The notes: generated from the sequence alone by a model not told the origin. Counted from the stretch's first letter, positions 22,934 to 34,526 are shown. The stretch is DNA of 64,000 nt from an uncultured Gemmatimonadales bacterium (GCA_963724265.1 CAVRTU010000006.1:24152-88151), one strand, 5' to 3'. A program made the numbers and translations.

Positions 22934-24388
22934 TCAGGGGGCCGATTCGTCGTCGGGACCTGTGGAACGCGACCGGCCCAGGTGGTGGACCCTGTCGGTA
23001 AGGCTTCCCTTCCGGATCCGCACCGCCGCCCGGTCGAACTCGCCAACGGTGCCGCCCAGCGCCACCTCGAGACCTCCGGATTTGGAGAGGCCCAATTTCT
23101 GGCTGGCATAGACGCTCCGGTGGCCCACCATCAGAAACGCCGTCGCCGCGGCCAGCGCGGCGTACACCGCCTCGGTTGTGGGGAGGAGTTCGATGGCCAT
23201 GACCGCGGCCGCGATCGGTGTGTTGGCGGCGGCGGCCAGCACGGCAACAAAGCCGAAGGCAGCCAGGAGGTTGGGCGGTACCCCGAACAGCGGCGCCAGT
23301 GCGGCACCGCTCGTCGCGCCGATGAAGAAGACCGGGGTCAGGATGCCTCCGCTTCCACCGGTCTCGAGGGTGATCGAGGTCGACAGGATCTTGAGGAGGA
23401 ATGCGGCGGCGATGACCGGCGTGGTACCGGCGAGCACACCGTTGATCGTATCCGTCCCCAGGCCGGCGTAGGTGGTCCCGGCGGTCTGATAGAGAAGGAC
23501 CAGTGCAGCTCCTCCGCCGGCCGCGACCAGGTAGGGGTGCGGTTCGAACCGCCGCAGTCCCCGTTCCAGGGCGCGGAGCGACTCGATGAGCAGGAGCGCG
23601 ATCAGCCCGAAGAGGGCGCCCGAGGCGAGGGAGATGAGGATGATCCGCACCTGTCCGGTGCTCCCGAAGGCGTCCTGGAGCCCGGGAAACGGCGGGCGGA
23701 CGCCGCAGGCGAGGTGCCCGACGATGCCCGCCACCATGGCGGGAAAGATCACCGAGTAATCCAGCTGGCCGAGGTACAGCACCTCGATGCCGAAGAGGGC
23801 GCCTGAAACCGGCGTTCCAAAGACGGCGGCGAAGCCTGCACTGATTCCGCAGATGACCAGCTTGCGGCGATCGCCATCGTTTAGCCGGAAGATGTCCGCG
23901 AACAGGCTGGTCAGGGCCGCGCCGATCTGGGCTGCGGGACCCTCCTTGCCCACCGAGCCTCCGAATGCGAGGGTCAGCACGGTCGCCGCCAGCTTGACCG
24001 GCGCGATGAGCCAATCGATGTGGCCGGCTCGCTGATGCACGGCCGCAATGACAGCCTCGGTGCCGTGCCCGCGGGCGTCGGGGGCGAACGAGCGAATCAG
24101 CCAGACGCAGGCCGGCAGTGCCAGGGGGAGCAGCCAGAATCCCGGAAAGACGCCGCGGGTGATCCAATGGACCCAGGTGGCCGAGTTGGCGAGCGCCCAG
24201 AGAAATCCGCGGGTCCCGTAGCCGACGCAGAATCCCGCCGCGGCACCCAGAAAGGCCCACTTCAACGTGCTGATCAGGAGTGCCGTGTGCTCCGTGTACC
24301 AGGGGCTCTCGTCGGCCAGCCGCGGGGAATCGGGCTCGGGGCTCTCACCGCGAACATGAGACAGGAACTGCCAGATTCGGGAGGTCAT
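22934..24388 (-). CDS. ClC-family chloride/fluoride channel
   Basis: GHGTE, GGSVGKEGP, AGFAAVFGTP, GGILTP, AAAANTP motifs. Confidence 0.9.
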   Translation of the reverse strand: MTSRIWQFLSHVRGESPEPDSPRLADESPWYTEHTALLISTLKWAFLGAAAGFCVGYGTRGFLWALANSATWVHWITRGVFPGFWLLPLALPACVWLIRSFAPDARGHGTEAVIAAVHQRAGHIDWLIAPVKLAATVLTLAFGGSVGKEGPAAQIGAALTSLFADIFRLNDGDRRKLVICGISAGFAAVFGTPVSGALFGIEVLYLGQLDYSVIFPAMVAGIVGHLACGVRPPFPGLQDAFGSTGQVRIILISLASGALFGLIALLLIESLRALERGLRRFEPHPYLVAAGGGAALVLLYQTAGTTYAGLGTDTINGVLAGTTPVIAAAFLLKILSTSITLETGGSGGILTPVFFIGATSGAALAPLFGVPPNLLAAFGFVAVLAAAANTPIAAAVMAIELLPTTEAVYAALAAATAFLMVGHRSVYASQKLGLSKSGGLEVALGGTVGEFDRAAVRIRKGSLTDRVHHLGRSRSTGPDDESAP

Positions 24389-24481
24389 CGAGTGAGGAGA
24401 ATAGGAGGGGCCAGGAATCCACTCAGATCGAGAGACGATTGGGGGACCACCGGCTCGTGCCGGGCTCAGCAGCCCTTAGCA

Positions 24482-25300
24482 CTATAACCGAGGCGACCTC
24501 GCGGTCACGACGTGCGCCACGAGGTCCACCCTGGCCGGACGGTCGCCTGCGAGGCGCCGGACCGCATCGGTCATCCGGTCCACGATAGTCTCGACCGGCA
24601 CGGTGCCCCGCTCCTTGATCGCGGCAACCACCGGGTTGCCCTGCACCAGCCCCACGGCCAACTCGCGGGCCGAGGGGCTCTCGCCAGTGAGACGAACCGT
24701 CTTGATCCTGGGCGCATCGAAGCCGGCACCCAGCACCAGCTTTTCCAGCTCCCCACGATCGTGCATGCTGAACGGCACCTGGTAGAAGGTCGGCGGGTTG
24801 TCCGGGAAGAAGCTGGCGATGGTGTCGTGGGCGACCTGGGCGAAGGGATCGTCCTCCATCGAGCCCCAGACGTTGAACGCCAGGAGGCCGCCCGGCTTGA
24901 GTACCCGGCGTGCCTCGCGGAGGGCGAGGGGCTTGTCGGGCACGAACATGTAGCCGAACTGACAGACCACGGCATCCACGCTGCCGTCGGGGAAGGGAAG
25001 GGCGCAGGCGTCCACCTGACGCCACTCGACCCGCTCGTCGGGGCGGAACTTGAGTGCCGCGTGGGCCAGCATCGGCTCGTTGAGGTCAGTCGCCACCAGG
25101 GTGGCACCGTGAGGCAATGCGTCGCGCAGGCGCCGGGTGAGGATGCCGGTGCCGCATGCCAGCTCGACGACCCGGGCGTCCGGCCCGACTTTGATCCGCG
25201 CGGCCAGGTCGGCGGCGTAGGGCTCGAACAGCACGGGGCCGAGGTGACGGTCGTAGATTTCGGGGATGGAGCCGACGAACTGCGCATTGGCTTCGGGCAT
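24482..25300 (-). CDS. Class I SAM-dependent methyltransferase
   Basis: VVELACGTG, DLNEPML, DACALPFPDGSVDAVVCQFG, RVLKPGG. Confidence 0.9.
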   Translation of the reverse strand: MPEANAQFVGSIPEIYDRHLGPVLFEPYAADLAARIKVGPDARVVELACGTGILTRRLRDALPHGATLVATDLNEPMLAHAALKFRPDERVEWRQVDACALPFPDGSVDAVVCQFGYMFVPDKPLALREARRVLKPGGLLAFNVWGSMEDDPFAQVAHDTIASFFPDNPPTFYQVPFSMHDRGELEKLVLGAGFDAPRIKTVRLTGESPSARELAVGLVQGNPVVAAIKERGTVPVETIVDRMTDAVRRLAGDRPARVDLVAHVVTARSPRL

Positions 25301-25356
25301 GGGCACCGGGGGTGTGTGGTTCGGGAGGGGGATAGTATCGGTCCAGCAGGCGGTAG

Positions 25357-25397
25357 TTGACAAATCAACAGGTCTTGATACATTAACGGATGTTGAT
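25357..25397 (+). promoter_or_regulatory. Sigma70 promoter with two ArsR-type operator boxes
   Basis: TTGACA-16bp-TACATT; ATCAA-N6-TTGAT (25364-25379) and ATTAA-N6-TTGAT (25382-25397) upstream of arsM. Confidence 0.7.
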
Positions 25398-25426
25398 ATG
25401 ACCCAAAACGTCCATGGAGATGACCG

Positions 25427-26233
25427 ATGTCCGCCGATGAACTGAAGGCAACGATCCGCGAGCACTACGGCCAGGCCGCCCTCCGCGTGGGCACCGGCTC
25501 GACTTCCTGTTGCGGCAGCAGCTGCGGCTGCGGCGATCCGATCAGCAGTGACCTCTACACCATCACCGAAACCGAGGGGCTCCCCGCCGACGCGGTCGTG
25601 GCCTCCCTCGGTTGCGGCAACCCCACCGCCCTGGCCGAGCTCCACCCGGGCGAGGTGGTCCTCGACCTCGGCTCCGGCGGCGGCATCGACGTGCTGCTCT
25701 CGGCCCGTCGGGTCGGCCCCCAGGGGAAGGCATACGGCCTCGACATGACCGACGAGATGCTGGCCCTGGCCCGTGAAAACCAGCGCAAGGCGGGAGTCGC
25801 CAACGTCGAGTTCCTCAAGGGCGAGATCGAGGCGATTCCGCTGCCGGACGCCTCGGTGGACGTGATCATCTCCAACTGCGTCATCAACCTATCCGGCGAC
25901 AAGCGCCGCGTCATCCGGGAAGCGTTCCGCGTGCTCCGGCCGGGCGGGCGGCTGGCGGTGTCGGACATCGTCACTCGCGGCACCCTTCCCGCCGCCGCGC
26001 GCCAGAGCATGCCGCTCTGGTCGGGGTGCGTGGCCGGCGCCCTCGAAGAGCAGGAGTTTCTGGCGCTCCTGGCGGAGGCGGGGTTCGTGGAAGCAGGCAT
26101 CGAGCCGACCCGGGTCTACGGGGTCGAGGAGGCCAGGAACTTCCTCGAGGCGGCAGGGATCGAGGACCAGACCCTGGCCCGCGAAATCGACGGCAAGGTG
26201 ATGGGTGCCTTCATCCGGGCCCGCAAGCCGTGA
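25427..26233 (+). CDS. arsM: Arsenite methyltransferase
   Basis: N-terminal SCCG, SLGCGNPTALA, LDLGSGGGIDV, ISNCVINLS, WSGCVAGAL. Confidence 0.93.
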   Translation: MSADELKATIREHYGQAALRVGTGSTSCCGSSCGCGDPISSDLYTITETEGLPADAVVASLGCGNPTALAELHPGEVVLDLGSGGGIDVLLSARRVGPQGKAYGLDMTDEMLALARENQRKAGVANVEFLKGEIEAIPLPDASVDVIISNCVINLSGDKRRVIREAFRVLRPGGRLAVSDIVTRGTLPAAARQSMPLWSGCVAGALEEQEFLALLAEAGFVEAGIEPTRVYGVEEARNFLEAAGIEDQTLAREIDGKVMGAFIRARKP

Positions 26234-26667
26234 CGCTCCAGATCCGCCCGGCGCGGCGGGACGACCTCGCGGCGGTGAGCGCGCTGCTCACCACCGCGGG
26301 GCTGCCCGTGGCGGGGGTGGCTGAATCGTTCGGCGAGTTCGTGGTGGCGGAGGCCGATGGCCGCCAGGTGGCCGCGGCGGGGCTCGAACGGCACGGAGAC
26401 GTGGGACTGCTGCGCTCCGTCGTGGTCGATCCGGCCTTCCGGGGTGCAGGGCTCGGCGCTTCGCTGACCGAGCGGATTCTGGCCCGGGCGCAGCAGCAAC
26501 GACTCAAGTCGGTGTACCTGCTCACCACCACCGCGGCCGATTTCTTCCCCCGGCTTGGCTTTCATCGAATCGAGCGCGCGGAACTGCCTTCGGCGATCAA
26601 TGAGTCCGAGGAGTTACAGGGGGCCTGCCCTGATACCGCTACGGTGATGGTGCTGGAACTGGGGTAG
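26230..26667 (+). CDS. arsN2: Arsenic resistance GNAT acetyltransferase ArsN2
   Basis: GLLRSVVV...RGAGLG, YLLTTTAADFF, EELQGACPDTATVM; overlaps the arsM stop. Confidence 0.85.
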   Translation: MTLQIRPARRDDLAAVSALLTTAGLPVAGVAESFGEFVVAEADGRQVAAAGLERHGDVGLLRSVVVDPAFRGAGLGASLTERILARAQQQRLKSVYLLTTTAADFFPRLGFHRIERAELPSAINESEELQGACPDTATVMVLELG

Positions 26668-26839
26668 GTCGAACGGCCGTACGTCGCAGTTGTGCATCAT
26701 GCCCTGATTGTGTCTCCGTGTCGCGGGGCTGAGAGCCCCGCCTGGCCCATCGCCGCTTCGCGGCCGTCTCAGTGGACTACCTTCGGTTCGTCCGTCCGCC
26801 CCTCTGCCCCCCCGCCCCCCTGCCCCCCCATATTCCCGC

Positions 26840-28226
26840 ATGACTTCGCCCACCGCCATCGAACGCGACTGTTACTGGCTCACCACTCGGCAGGAGATCC
26901 CGGCAGACCCGCTCACCGGAGACCACGAAACCGACTACGTGATCGTCGGCGCGGGGCTGACTGGGCTCTGGACCGCGCTCACCATCAAGCTGCTCGAGCC
27001 CGCGGCAGGTGTCACGGTGGTCGAGCAGGGTGTCGCGGCCTATGGGGGCAGCGGGCGCAATGCCGGGATGCTCTCCGAGACGGTGGATCACGGACACGGC
27101 CTTGCCATCCAGCATTTCGGCGCCGCCGAGGCGCGACGGCTGGCGCGGCTGGGAGAAGACAATATCGCGGCGATGTACCGCGACCTGGCGGATTGGGGGG
27201 TGGAGTGCGAGCTCGAGCGCACCGGGCGGCTGATGATCGCGCTGACCCCGGCGCAGCTCGAGGAGTGCCACCGGACGATCGATGTGGCCAGGGACCTGGG
27301 GCTCGACAGCTTCAGCTTCCTCGATGGCGAGGCGATTCGCTCCCGCCTGCACTCCCCGCTCTACCTGGGCGGGGTCAAGGTGTCGGGCGGCGGAATCCTC
27401 AACCCGGTCAAGCTGGTGGACGGTCTGGCCCGCGAGGCGCGGCGCCGGGGCATCAAGCTTCACGAGCGGAGCAAGGTGCTGAGCGTGACCACCGAGGGTG
27501 CCGGGGCGCGGATCAGGACGGCCGGGGGATCGGCCCGGGCGCGCAAAGTCATCCTGGCCACCAGCGCCTACACCCATCACCTCCTGCCCGAGATCCTGCA
27601 CCGGTTCATCCCCCTGTACGACTACATCATGGTGAGCGAGCCGCTCACCGCCGGCCCAGTGGGAGCTGCTCGGCTGGCAGGGACGGGAGGGTGTCACCGA
27701 TCTCAGGACCTTCTTCAATTACTATCGCCCGACGGCGGATGGCCGCGTGCTCTGGGGGACCAGCGAGGCCGCCTACCACGGCAACAACCGGGTGGGGGAG
27801 GAGTGCGATCACTCACCTCCGCACTACCAGTCACTCGAGACAAGCTGGCGGCGGCACTTCCCGGCGCTGGCCGATCTCAGGTGGGAGTACCGGTGGGGCG
27901 GGGCGATCTGCTCCACGACCCGGATGACTCCCTTCTTCGGAGCGACCCACGGCGGGAGGATCCTTCACGGACTGGGGTACACCGGTCACGGAGTGGGCAC
28001 CACGCGACTCGGCGGGCAGATCCTGGCCCACCTGGCGCTGGGCCGGCCGAGCGATCTGCTTGAGCTCCAGCTGGTGACGAAGAAGCCGTTCCCCTATCCG
28101 CCGGAGCCTCTCAGGGGAATGGCGGTCGCGGCGGTCACGCGGGGGTTGCGGAGAGTGGATGCGGGAGAGGAGCCGAGCCTGTTGCTGAGGGTGCTCGATC
28201 GACTCGGGTTGGGATTCTCGAGCTAG
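26840..28226 (+). CDS. FAD-dependent oxidoreductase (DAO/PuuB-like; frameshift near 27655)
   Basis: IVGAGLTGLW, GGSGRNAG, LNPVKL, GYTGHGVG. Confidence 0.85.
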
Positions 28227-28302
28227 AGGGGGGGCGGGGGGGCAGGGGGGCGGACTGTCCCGCGCTCCGCTCTGCCGCCCCGACCCCCTGCCCCCCGCCC
28301 CC

Positions 28303-29655
28303 CTAGAGGCCAGCCAAGCGCTCGATCCAGAACGTACAACGCGTAGTCCACGTCCTCGGCGGTCAGGCACATCGGCGGCTTGATGCGGAGCACGTTGCCG
28401 TCGAGCCCGCCCTTGCCGATCAGCACGCCCATCTGCCGAGTCCGCTCCATCACCTCGAGAGTCTCCTCCCTGGCGGGGACCTTGGTCTCGCGGTCCTTGA
28501 CCAGCTCCACGCCGAGCATGAGGCCCATGCCCCGCACGTCGCCGATGATGTCGTGGGAGCGCGGCCAGGCGGGCCAGTCCTCCTTGAACCGCCCGCCGAC
28601 CACGCGGGAATTTTCCTGCAGCCCGTCGGCATCGATCGACTCGAGCACGGCGAGCCCCGCGGCCATCGAGACCGGATTGCCGCCGAAGGTGTTGAAGTGG
28701 ATCCGCCGGTCAGCGCCTCGGCGATTTCGCGGCGGGTCGTCACCGCGGCCAGGGGAGCGCCGTTGCCGATGCCCTTGGCCATGGTCACGATGTCGGGGAT
28801 CACGCCCCAGTTCTGGAAGCCCCAGTAGTTGGTGCCGGTGCGGCCGAAGCCGGTCTGCACCTCGTCCGCGATGCACAGCCCGCCGTACTCGCGGATGACG
28901 CCGTAGGCCTCGCGCAGGTAGTTGGGTGCGCCGAGGGTGACACCGCCCACGCCCTGGATCGGCTCGGCGATGAAGGCGGCGACCGCCCCGGGTGTCGAGA
29001 AGCGGATCATGTCGCGGATGTCGGCCGCGCTCTTGATGGCGATTTCCTCCGGCGTGCCGCTGAACGGACTCCGGTAGGGATCGGGGTTGATCGCGTGATG
29101 GACATTGGCCGACTGCTGGGTGGGGAACTTCCAGGTGTGATGGGAGGTCACCCCCATCGTCGTGGGCGAGCCGCCGTGGTAGGCGTTGCGGACCGCGATC
29201 ACGTCCTGGTTGCCGGTGTAGAGCCGGGCCATCGTGATCGCCAGGTCGTTGGCCTCGCTGCCGCTGTTGACGAAGTAGGTGACGTCGAGTCCCGCCGGCA
29301 TCCGCTCCGCCAGCGCCTTGGCGAAGAGTCCGATGTTGGGGTGCAGGTAGATCGTCGTGGTGTGCATCAGCCGCGCGACCTGCTCCTGGACCCGGGCGAC
29401 GACCCGGGGATGGGAGTGGCCCACCGAGACGGTCACGATGCCGGCGAAGAGATCGAGATAGCGCCGGCCGGTCTCGTCGAAGAGGTACTGCATGTGCCCG
29501 TCGACGATCATCAGCGGCTCCTTGTACAGCGTGAACAGGGCGGGGTGGGTGTAACGCTGGCGCATGGCCAGCACCTCGGCCCGCGAGGGCCGCGCGTAGG
29601 GCGCGGCGGTGAAGGCGCAGGGCGGCAGCGTCGGGGTCGGGGCGGTGGCGGTCAT
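28303..29655 (-). CDS. Class III aminotransferase (AGXT2 / beta-alanine:pyruvate type; frameshifts)
   Basis: RYLDLFAGI, NSGSEANDLA, AEPIQGVGG, DEVQTGFGRTG, MAKGIGNG, HFNTFGGNP. Confidence 0.9.
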
Positions 29656-29769
29656 GAGAGCCGGATTGCGTTAGGGTTTCGTCGAACGATTCAGGGAGCA
29701 GGGAGCAGGGAGCGGGGAGCAGGTTACGAGCCGGACCACCGCTCCCTGCTCCCTTCTCCCCGCTCCCAG

Positions 29770-31226
29770 TCAGCTCATCCAGTTGGTCCCGGCTTCCCGG
29801 TTCCACTTGGTGGTGGTCTTCTTGAGCTGGGTCCAGAACTCGATCGAGCTCTTCCCGGTCAGGTCGCCGGTGCCGAACTTCGATTCGTTCCAGCCGCCGA
29901 ACGAGAACGGCTCGCGCGGCACCGGGACGCCGACGTTGACGCCGACCATGCCGGCGCTGGCCCGCTCGGTCGACGTAGCGGGCCAGACCGCCGTTCTCGG
30001 TGTAGATCGAGGCGGCGTTGCCGTAGGGCGAAGCATTCTCGACCGCCAGCGCCTCGTCGAGGTTCGCGGTCCGGAGGATCGCGAGCACCGGGCCGAACAC
30101 CTCTTCCTGCGCGATCTTCATTTCGGGTGTGACGTCCACGACGACCGTCGGCCCCAGCCAGTAGCCACCTTCCTTGCCGGCCACGGTAGCGCGCCGGCCG
30201 TCCACCAGCACGGTGGCGCCCGCCTTTTCGGCCTCGTCGATGTAGCCCACGATCCGGTCGTGCGCGGCCTGGCTGATGACCGGGCCCAGGTCCTTGCCGG
30301 GCACCATCTGCCGGGCCAGCGACGCCACGCGGTCGATGACGTGGTCGGTCTTCGACGACGGCGACCATGACCGACGCCGCCATGCAGCGCTGCCCGCTGC
30401 AGCCGGTGGCCGAGGCGAGGACGTTGGCGCTGGTCATCTCGGGGTCGGCGTCGGGCAGCACGATCAGGTGATTCTTGGCGCCGCCCAGGGCCAGGACCCG
30501 CTTGAGGTTGCCGGTGCCGCGGCGGTAGACCGCCTTGGCCACCGCGGTCGAGCCGACGAAGCTCACCGCCGCGATATCGGGGTGGTCGCAGATGGCCTCG
30601 ACGACGTCGCGGCCGCCGTGCACGACGCTGAAGACGCCGGCCGGCAGTCCGGCCTCGCGCAGCAGCTCGGCGATGCGCCGCGACGAGAGCGGCACCCGCT
30701 CCGACGGCTTGAGCACCAGGCAGTTGCCCAGCGCGATCGCGTTGGGGATCGACCAGTGGGGCACCATCGAGGGGAAGTTGAACGGCGTGATCGCCGCCAC
30801 GACGCCCAGCGGCACGCGCTCGATGCGGCACTCCACGCCCCGGCTCACTTCCATCACCTCGCCGGCGGCGATCTGGGGCAGGGAACAGGCGAACTCGGTG
30901 AGCTCCATCGCCTTGAGGACCTCCGCCTCCGCCTCGCCGTAGAGCTTGCCGTGCTCTTCGACGATGAGGTCGCTCAACTCCTTGAGATTGCGCTCGAGCA
31001 GGGTTCGGTAGCGGTAGAAGACCTGGACCCGCTCCTTGATCGGGGTCCGGCTCCATGCCGGGAAGGCGCGCCGTGCGGCGGCCACCGCCGCATCCACCTC
31101 GGTCCGCCCGCCGAGGGGGACCTTCGCGATCACCTGGCCGGTGGCGGGGTCGTGGACATCGCCGAAGGGCGGGGCGCCGTCGGTGAAGGTGCCGCCGATA
31201 TAGTGCTGGGCCGCAGGGTACTTCAT
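29770..31226 (-). CDS. mmsA: CoA-acylating methylmalonate/malonate-semialdehyde dehydrogenase (frameshifts)
   Basis: ITPFNFP, LKPSE, SFVGST, GGAKNH, GCSGQRCMA, EEVFGPVL, GVNVGVPVP. Confidence 0.9.
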
Positions 31227-31345
31227 GAAGAATCCCGGTACGAGATGGAGAATGCCGACGCAGGAGTTTGCCCTGCCTGCAGGCGCACTGTCAACGCCTC
31301 CCGATTCGTCTGGTTTTCGGCCGCTGGTGATGGTAAGCTGCACCG

Positions 31346-32527
31346 ATGACCGACCGTCCGCTGCATCCCGAGACCCTGGCCATCCGCGCCCAGGTCCCGA
31401 CGACACCCGAGCGCGAACACTCGGTGCCGCTCTACCTGACGTCGAGCTTCGTGTTCGACAGCGCCGAGCAGGCCCGGGCGCTGTTCGCCGACGAGGTGCC
31501 CGGCAACATCTACAGCCGGTACTCCAATCCCAACACCGACGAGCTGGTCCGCAAGCTCTGCCTGCTCGAGGAGGCGGAGGACGGCATCGCGACGGCCAGC
31601 GGCATGGCCGCCGTCTACGTCTCGATGGCGTCGCTGCTCAAGACGGGGGATCACCTCCTCGCCGCCCGCTCCCTGTTCGGTTCGACCCACCAGATCCTGA
31701 CCAGGCTCTTTCCGCGCTGGGGGATCGGCTTCGACTACGCCGACATCGCCCGGCCGGAGAGCTTCGAGCGGCTGCTCCGGAAGGAGACCCGCCTGATCTT
31801 CGTCGAGACGCCCTCCAACCCCGGCCTCGACCTGATCGACCTCGAGTGGCTGGGCCGGCTGGCCAGATCGCGCGGGATTCCGCTGATCGTGGACAACTGT
31901 TTCGCTACGCCGTATCTGCAGCGGCCGATCCCGCTGGGCGCCGACCTCGTGGTCCACTCGGCCACCAAGTACCTCGACGGGCAGGGCCGCACGCTGGGCG
32001 GCGCCATCGTGGGGAGGAAGGACCTGGTCGCCGAGTGCCGGTTCTTCGCGCGGCATACCGGGCCGGCGCTCTCGCCGTTCAACGCCTGGGTGTTGTCCAA
32101 GAGCCTCGAGACCCTGGCGGTCCGGATGGACCGGCACTGCGCCAACGCCCTGACGCTGGCCCACCACTTCGAGGGACACGCGGAGCTCGAGGAGGTGCGC
32201 TACCCCTTCCTCCCTTCGCACCCGCACCATGTCCTGGCCCACCGTCAGATGAGCCAGGGCGGAGGAGTCGTGGTGCTGGTGGTGAAGGGGGGGCTGGAGC
32301 GGGCCCGCCGTTTCCTCGACGCCGTGGAGCTGATCAGCCACAGCCCGAACCTCGGCGACACCCGGAGCATCGTGACCCATCCCAGCTCGACCACCCATTC
32401 GAAGCTCACCGAGGAGGAGCGCCGCCTGGTCGGCATCGTGCCCGGCCTGGTCCGGATTTCGGTCGGGCTGGAGCATGTGGAGGATCTGATAGCTGATGTC
32501 GATCAGGCGTTGGTGAGGTCGAAGTAG
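31346..32527 (+). CDS. metZ: O-succinylhomoserine sulfhydrylase (Cys/Met PLP enzyme)
   Basis: EHSVPLYLTSSFVF, YSRYSNP, ETPSNP, HSATKYLDGQGR, NLGDTRS. Confidence 0.85.
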   Translation: MTDRPLHPETLAIRAQVPTTPEREHSVPLYLTSSFVFDSAEQARALFADEVPGNIYSRYSNPNTDELVRKLCLLEEAEDGIATASGMAAVYVSMASLLKTGDHLLAARSLFGSTHQILTRLFPRWGIGFDYADIARPESFERLLRKETRLIFVETPSNPGLDLIDLEWLGRLARSRGIPLIVDNCFATPYLQRPIPLGADLVVHSATKYLDGQGRTLGGAIVGRKDLVAECRFFARHTGPALSPFNAWVLSKSLETLAVRMDRHCANALTLAHHFEGHAELEEVRYPFLPSHPHHVLAHRQMSQGGGVVVLVVKGGLERARRFLDAVELISHSPNLGDTRSIVTHPSSTTHSKLTEEERRLVGIVPGLVRISVGLEHVEDLIADVDQALVRSK

Positions 32528-32588
32528 GGCGGGAGGGCGGGATGAACTGGCTTTCTCCCGCCCTCCCGCCTTCCCGCCCTCCCGCCCC
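32527..32588. repeat. (GGGCGGGA)n / (TCCCGCCC)n inverted tandem-repeat hairpin without cargo gene
   Basis: gggcgggagggcggga-tgaactggctttc-tcccgccctcccgccttcccgccctcccgccc. Confidence 0.8.
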
Positions 32589-32605
32589 GTTTAGATTGCC
32601 ACCAT

Positions 32606-34456
32606 ATGGAACCCCCCAAGAAAAAGAAGGTCACCGCCGACGCCGCCTGGCGCGAATCGCGGGCGCTGCTCTACACCTACCGTTGGCGGCTGCTCCTCGG
32701 ACTCGTCCTCATGCTGGTCAATCGGGCCGCCGGGCTGGTGCTCCCGGCAATCCCCAAGTGGTTGATCGACCATGCGCTGAAGGAGGCCAGGACCGACCTG
32801 CTGCTGCCGCTGGCGCTGGCCGCGCTGGCCGCGACCGTCGTCCAGGCCACCACCGGCTTCGCCCTGTCCCAGCTGCTCGGGGTGGCGGCGCAGCGGGCGG
32901 TGACCGACCTGAGGCGCCGGGTGGCGGAACATGTGCTCCGGCTGCCGATCCGCAGCTTCGATGCGACCCAGACCGGCATCCTGATTTCGCGGATCATGAA
33001 CGACGCGGAAGGGGTCCGGAACCTGGTCGGCACCGGGCTGGTCCAGCTGGTCGGCGGGATCATGACCGCCGTCGTCGCCATCGGGGTGCTGTTCTATCTC
33101 AACTGGCAGCTGACCAGCATCATCGTGCTGCTGCTGGGCGGCTTCGGCGGCGGGATGGCGGTGGCCTTCACCCGCTTGCGGCCGCTGTTCCGCGAGCGGG
33201 GCAAGATCCAGGCGGAGGTGACCGGCCGGCTGACCGAGACGCTGGGCGGGATCCGGATCGTCAAGAGCTACGTCGCCGAGCGGCGGGAGCAGCTCACCTT
33301 CACGCGAGGGGTGCACCGCCTGTTCCGCAACGTCGCCTCGTCGATGACCGCGATTTCGGCGGTGGGGTCGCTGACCACGACGATCGTCGGACTGGTCGGC
33401 GCGCTGATGATCATGGTCGGCGGGCGGTCGATCATCGCCGGGCACATGACGGTGGGCGATTTCTTCGTGTACGTGCTGTTCGTCGGGCTGGTGGCGGCTC
33501 CGCTGGTCCAGATCGCGGGAATCGGCACCCAGGTCAGCGAGGCGTTCGCCGGGCTGGACCGGATCCGCGAGCTGACCTCGCAGGAGACCGAAGAGGACGA
33601 GGACAAGACCCGCCTGCCGGTCGGCCGGATCGACGGCCGGGTCAGCGCCGAGAATGTCTGGTTCGAGTACGCTCCCGGCGTTCCGGTACTCAAGGATGTC
33701 TCGTTCGAGGCGCCGGCCGGAACCACGACGGCGCTGGTCGGCTCCAGCGGCTCGGGCAAGAGCACCCTGCTCTCCCTGGTCATGGCGTTCAACCGCCCGA
33801 CCCAGGGGGTCATCCGGGTGGACGGCCGGGACCTGTCCACCCTCCGGATGCGGGACTACCGCTCGCACCTGGGCATCGTGCTGCAGGACAACTTCCTGTT
33901 CGACGGGACCATCGCCGACAACATCCGCTTCGCCCGCCCCGATGCCTCGATGGACGAGGTGCGGGCCGCGAGCAAGCTGGCGAACTGCGACGAGTTCATC
34001 GAAGGGTTCAAGGACAGCTACGAGTCGATCGTGGGGGAGCGGGGGGTCAAGCTGTCCGGCGGCCAGCGGCAGCGGGTGGCCATCGCGCGGGCCATCCTGG
34101 CCGACCCGGCGATCCTGATCCTCGATGAGGCCACCAGCAGCCTGGACAGCGAATCCGAGGCGATGATCCAGGACGGGCTCAGGACGCTTCGCAGGGGCCG
34201 GACCACGTTCGTCATCGCCCACCGGCTCTCGACGATCGTCAGCGCCGACCAGATCCTCGTGCTGGAGGGAGGTGTCATCGTGGAGCGGGGGACCCACCGC
34301 GAGCTCCTGGCCCGGCGCGGCCGCTACACCCAGCTGTACGAGAAGCAGTACCGGATCGAGATCGACCGGTTCATCAACCCGGGCGAGGACTTCACGCCGG
34401 AACCCGAAGCGGCCGCCGCCTCCGGAACCCCGGTAACCGACCCCGCCTCGCTCTAG
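32606..34456 (+). CDS. ABC transporter, fused permease/ATPase (MsbA-like exporter)
   Basis: Six-TM N-domain; GSSGSGKS, LSGGQRQR, LDEATSSLD, IAHRLST. Confidence 0.95.
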   Translation: MEPPKKKKVTADAAWRESRALLYTYRWRLLLGLVLMLVNRAAGLVLPAIPKWLIDHALKEARTDLLLPLALAALAATVVQATTGFALSQLLGVAAQRAVTDLRRRVAEHVLRLPIRSFDATQTGILISRIMNDAEGVRNLVGTGLVQLVGGIMTAVVAIGVLFYLNWQLTSIIVLLLGGFGGGMAVAFTRLRPLFRERGKIQAEVTGRLTETLGGIRIVKSYVAERREQLTFTRGVHRLFRNVASSMTAISAVGSLTTTIVGLVGALMIMVGGRSIIAGHMTVGDFFVYVLFVGLVAAPLVQIAGIGTQVSEAFAGLDRIRELTSQETEEDEDKTRLPVGRIDGRVSAENVWFEYAPGVPVLKDVSFEAPAGTTTALVGSSGSGKSTLLSLVMAFNRPTQGVIRVDGRDLSTLRMRDYRSHLGIVLQDNFLFDGTIADNIRFARPDASMDEVRAASKLANCDEFIEGFKDSYESIVGERGVKLSGGQRQRVAIARAILADPAILILDEATSSLDSESEAMIQDGLRTLRRGRTTFVIAHRLSTIVSADQILVLEGGVIVERGTHRELLARRGRYTQLYEKQYRIEIDRFINPGEDFTPEPEAAAASGTPVTDPASL

Positions 34457-34526
34457 GCGCGCCGGCAGCTATCTTGTAGGGCCTCATCCACCGGATGCCG
34501 CTCTCAATGTCTCTCAGGTTCGCCAG

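Noticed and set aside
31227-31345. SAM/SAH riboswitch upstream of metZ
   Set aside because: No recognisable consensus by eye; an Rfam cmscan would be needed
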